Origin: Octopus sinensis
Lineage: Eukaryota
Assembly: GCF_006345805.1 (NCBI RefSeq)
Contig: NC_043008.1
Location: 57,784,001 to 57,848,000 of the forward strand
Reading direction: 5' to 3'
DNA length: 64,000 nucleotides
The notes under the pieces were generated by a model. It was not told the origin of the DNA, made no database searches, and saw only the letters and a list, made by a program, of their open reading frames with translations. Positions within the stretch are counted from its first letter, which is position 1, and every line of letters starts with the position of its first letter. The translations under genes were made by a program, and so were the position numbers. Shown piece by piece: positions 62,340 through 64,000 of this stretch.

Positions 62340-62480
62340 TTCTGCTGGAGGTGTGAAACATGTCCCATGAAAGATCAACTGTATTCAACGTCCTTCTACC
62401 TAGAATGGGTAATTCGACATGTGTAGTGTGTGAAAGGGCTTGCAAGTCGATTTTGGGTCTGAAGAGACGTAAGCATGCGT
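62340..62480 (+). mobile_element. LINE C-terminal zinc-finger remnant (RTE/RTEX-like)
   Basis: CVVCERACKSILGLKRRKH followed by a (CA)n tract. Confidence 0.5.
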
Positions 62481-62508
62481 GCATCCACACACACACACAC
62501 ACACACCA

Positions 62509-62589
62509 TTACTCAGAGTTTCACTTTACCATTTGTCAGACAGTTGTGATCATACTGTCTGACGAATGGCAACGTGAAACTCTGAGTAA
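62509..62589. ncRNA. Fold-back palindrome of two head-to-head hammerhead motifs
   Basis: 36-bp arms. Plus strand CTGACGA(62559-62565)-ATG-GCAA-CGT-GAAAC-TCTGA-GTA; minus-strand copy has CTGACAA. Confidence 0.6.
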
Positions 62590-64000
62590 AAGTTTGTGAA
62601 GAATTTTTTCTGCTTTAATAAAAAGTATATATATGCATGTGTGTGTATACATATATATATATATTTATATAAAACACACATAATTATATATATATAATAT
62701 ATATATATATATATAATTACTACTGTACATTGCAGTCAATATATTATATATAACATATAAATTTAAATTATATTATTATTGTTCCTGTCAGGTAAGAAGG
62801 GAGAGATGTCAGAGATAGTAGACAGTTGGGTTCGATACTTCCCAGTAATTTAGTATGCCACTTCACCAGCAACGGTTCAAATTCTACAGGGGTTGATTGT
62901 TTCCTTTCATTCTCTGAAAAATTAATAAAATAACTAAAGCAGTATACAAGGGTCAATTCAAATATACTGTTTGTTAAGAAACTGAACTTGTGTTCTTAGT
63001 CAAAAGTAATTTTTTGTCTTTTTGCGTTTCGACTTATTTTCTTGATCTTGGACAAAATTTTTGATTCAAGTTGTTTGTTTAACCTCTTAACATATACATT
63101 TTTTTCAATTTCCATGCAAAAAGCATCATATTTTTTTAATCATGTATTTTGAATCTGTATATAAGGAGGAGCAAGTACACAAATTATTTTGGATCAGTTA
63201 TGATTTATTATGAAGTTACTGATAGAAATGATAATTACTGATAGTTAATGATAGAAAATGGGAATAACATCATGAACGAAGCATTTTGAGTTGGAAATGA
63301 GTAGCAGATACTTCAGAGTACAGTGAACATACATTTTCATTGAAATATATATTTACTAGACACCTCTGAACAAAAATATGCAGAATTATATGTTAATCAT
63401 CATCATCATCGTTTAGCGTCCGCTTTCCATGCTGGCATGGGTTGGATGGTTCAGCTGGGGTCTGGGAACCCAGAAGGCTGCACCAGGCCCAGTCTGATCT
63501 GGCAATGTTTCTACGGCTGGATGCCCTTCCTAACACCAACTATTCTGTGAGTGTAGTGGGTGCTTTTTACGTGCCAACGGCACAGGTGCCAGACGGGGCT
63601 GGCAAACGGCCACGATCGGATGGTGTTTTTTACGTGCCACCGGCACGGAGGCCAGGTGAGGCTGGCAACGGTGAGGCAGGCAACGGTGAGGCTGGCTCTT
63701 TACGTGCCACCGGCACAGAGGCCGGTCGGGGTGGCGCTGGCAACGGCCACATTCGTATGGTTCTCTTATGTGCCACCGGAACTGGTATCACAGCTACAAT
63801 TTCCATTGATGTTGATTAATATCTCTGTCTTCACATTATTAAACAAGTTTGTTTCCACAAAATCCTTAGAATTATGCTATTTTCTGTTATGCAAAGCTAG
63901 CAGATCTTTGTAGATTTCGATTTTGAGTTTGATTTTTGAAAAAAAAACCTCTTTTTTGTCTCTTAAAAAGGGTTCCCTTGAATGGTGTCCAGTTTTATTT

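Overview
AT-rich, repeat-dense eukaryotic DNA. The SINE/LINE/MITE families and microsatellite load look like a coleoid cephalopod, probably Octopus; this is inferred from recognised repeat sequences, not from a search. The only host gene I can support is a complete + strand VPS33B (Sec1/Munc18 family). It has 19 coding exons from ATG 27162 to TAA 60023 (1809 nt, 602 aa), all with GT-AG introns in consistent phase, plus a probable non-coding first exon ending at 27002. The rest is mostly transposon debris: three tRNA-derived SINE families, RTE, BovB-like and CR1 LINE 3' fragments, Tc1 and maT/mariner remnants, Helentron-like non-autonomous elements, TTAA-flanked MITEs, a Gypsy protease fragment, and micro/minisatellites that generate most of the spurious ORFs. 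Best observations: (1) a triplicated 3' splice site upstream of VPS33B exon 16 that creates two stop-containing decoy pseudo-exons; (2) several Penelope-type hammerhead ribozyme motifs, two with intact catalytic cores; (3) a 136-bp inverted copy of sequence 3' of the stop codon inside intron 17; (4) a SINE/LINE shared 3' tail with compensatory stem changes; (5) a 13-unit 63-bp array grown inside an RTE 3' UTR, which is not CRISPR. Exon coordinates were counted by hand; repeat boundaries are approximate.
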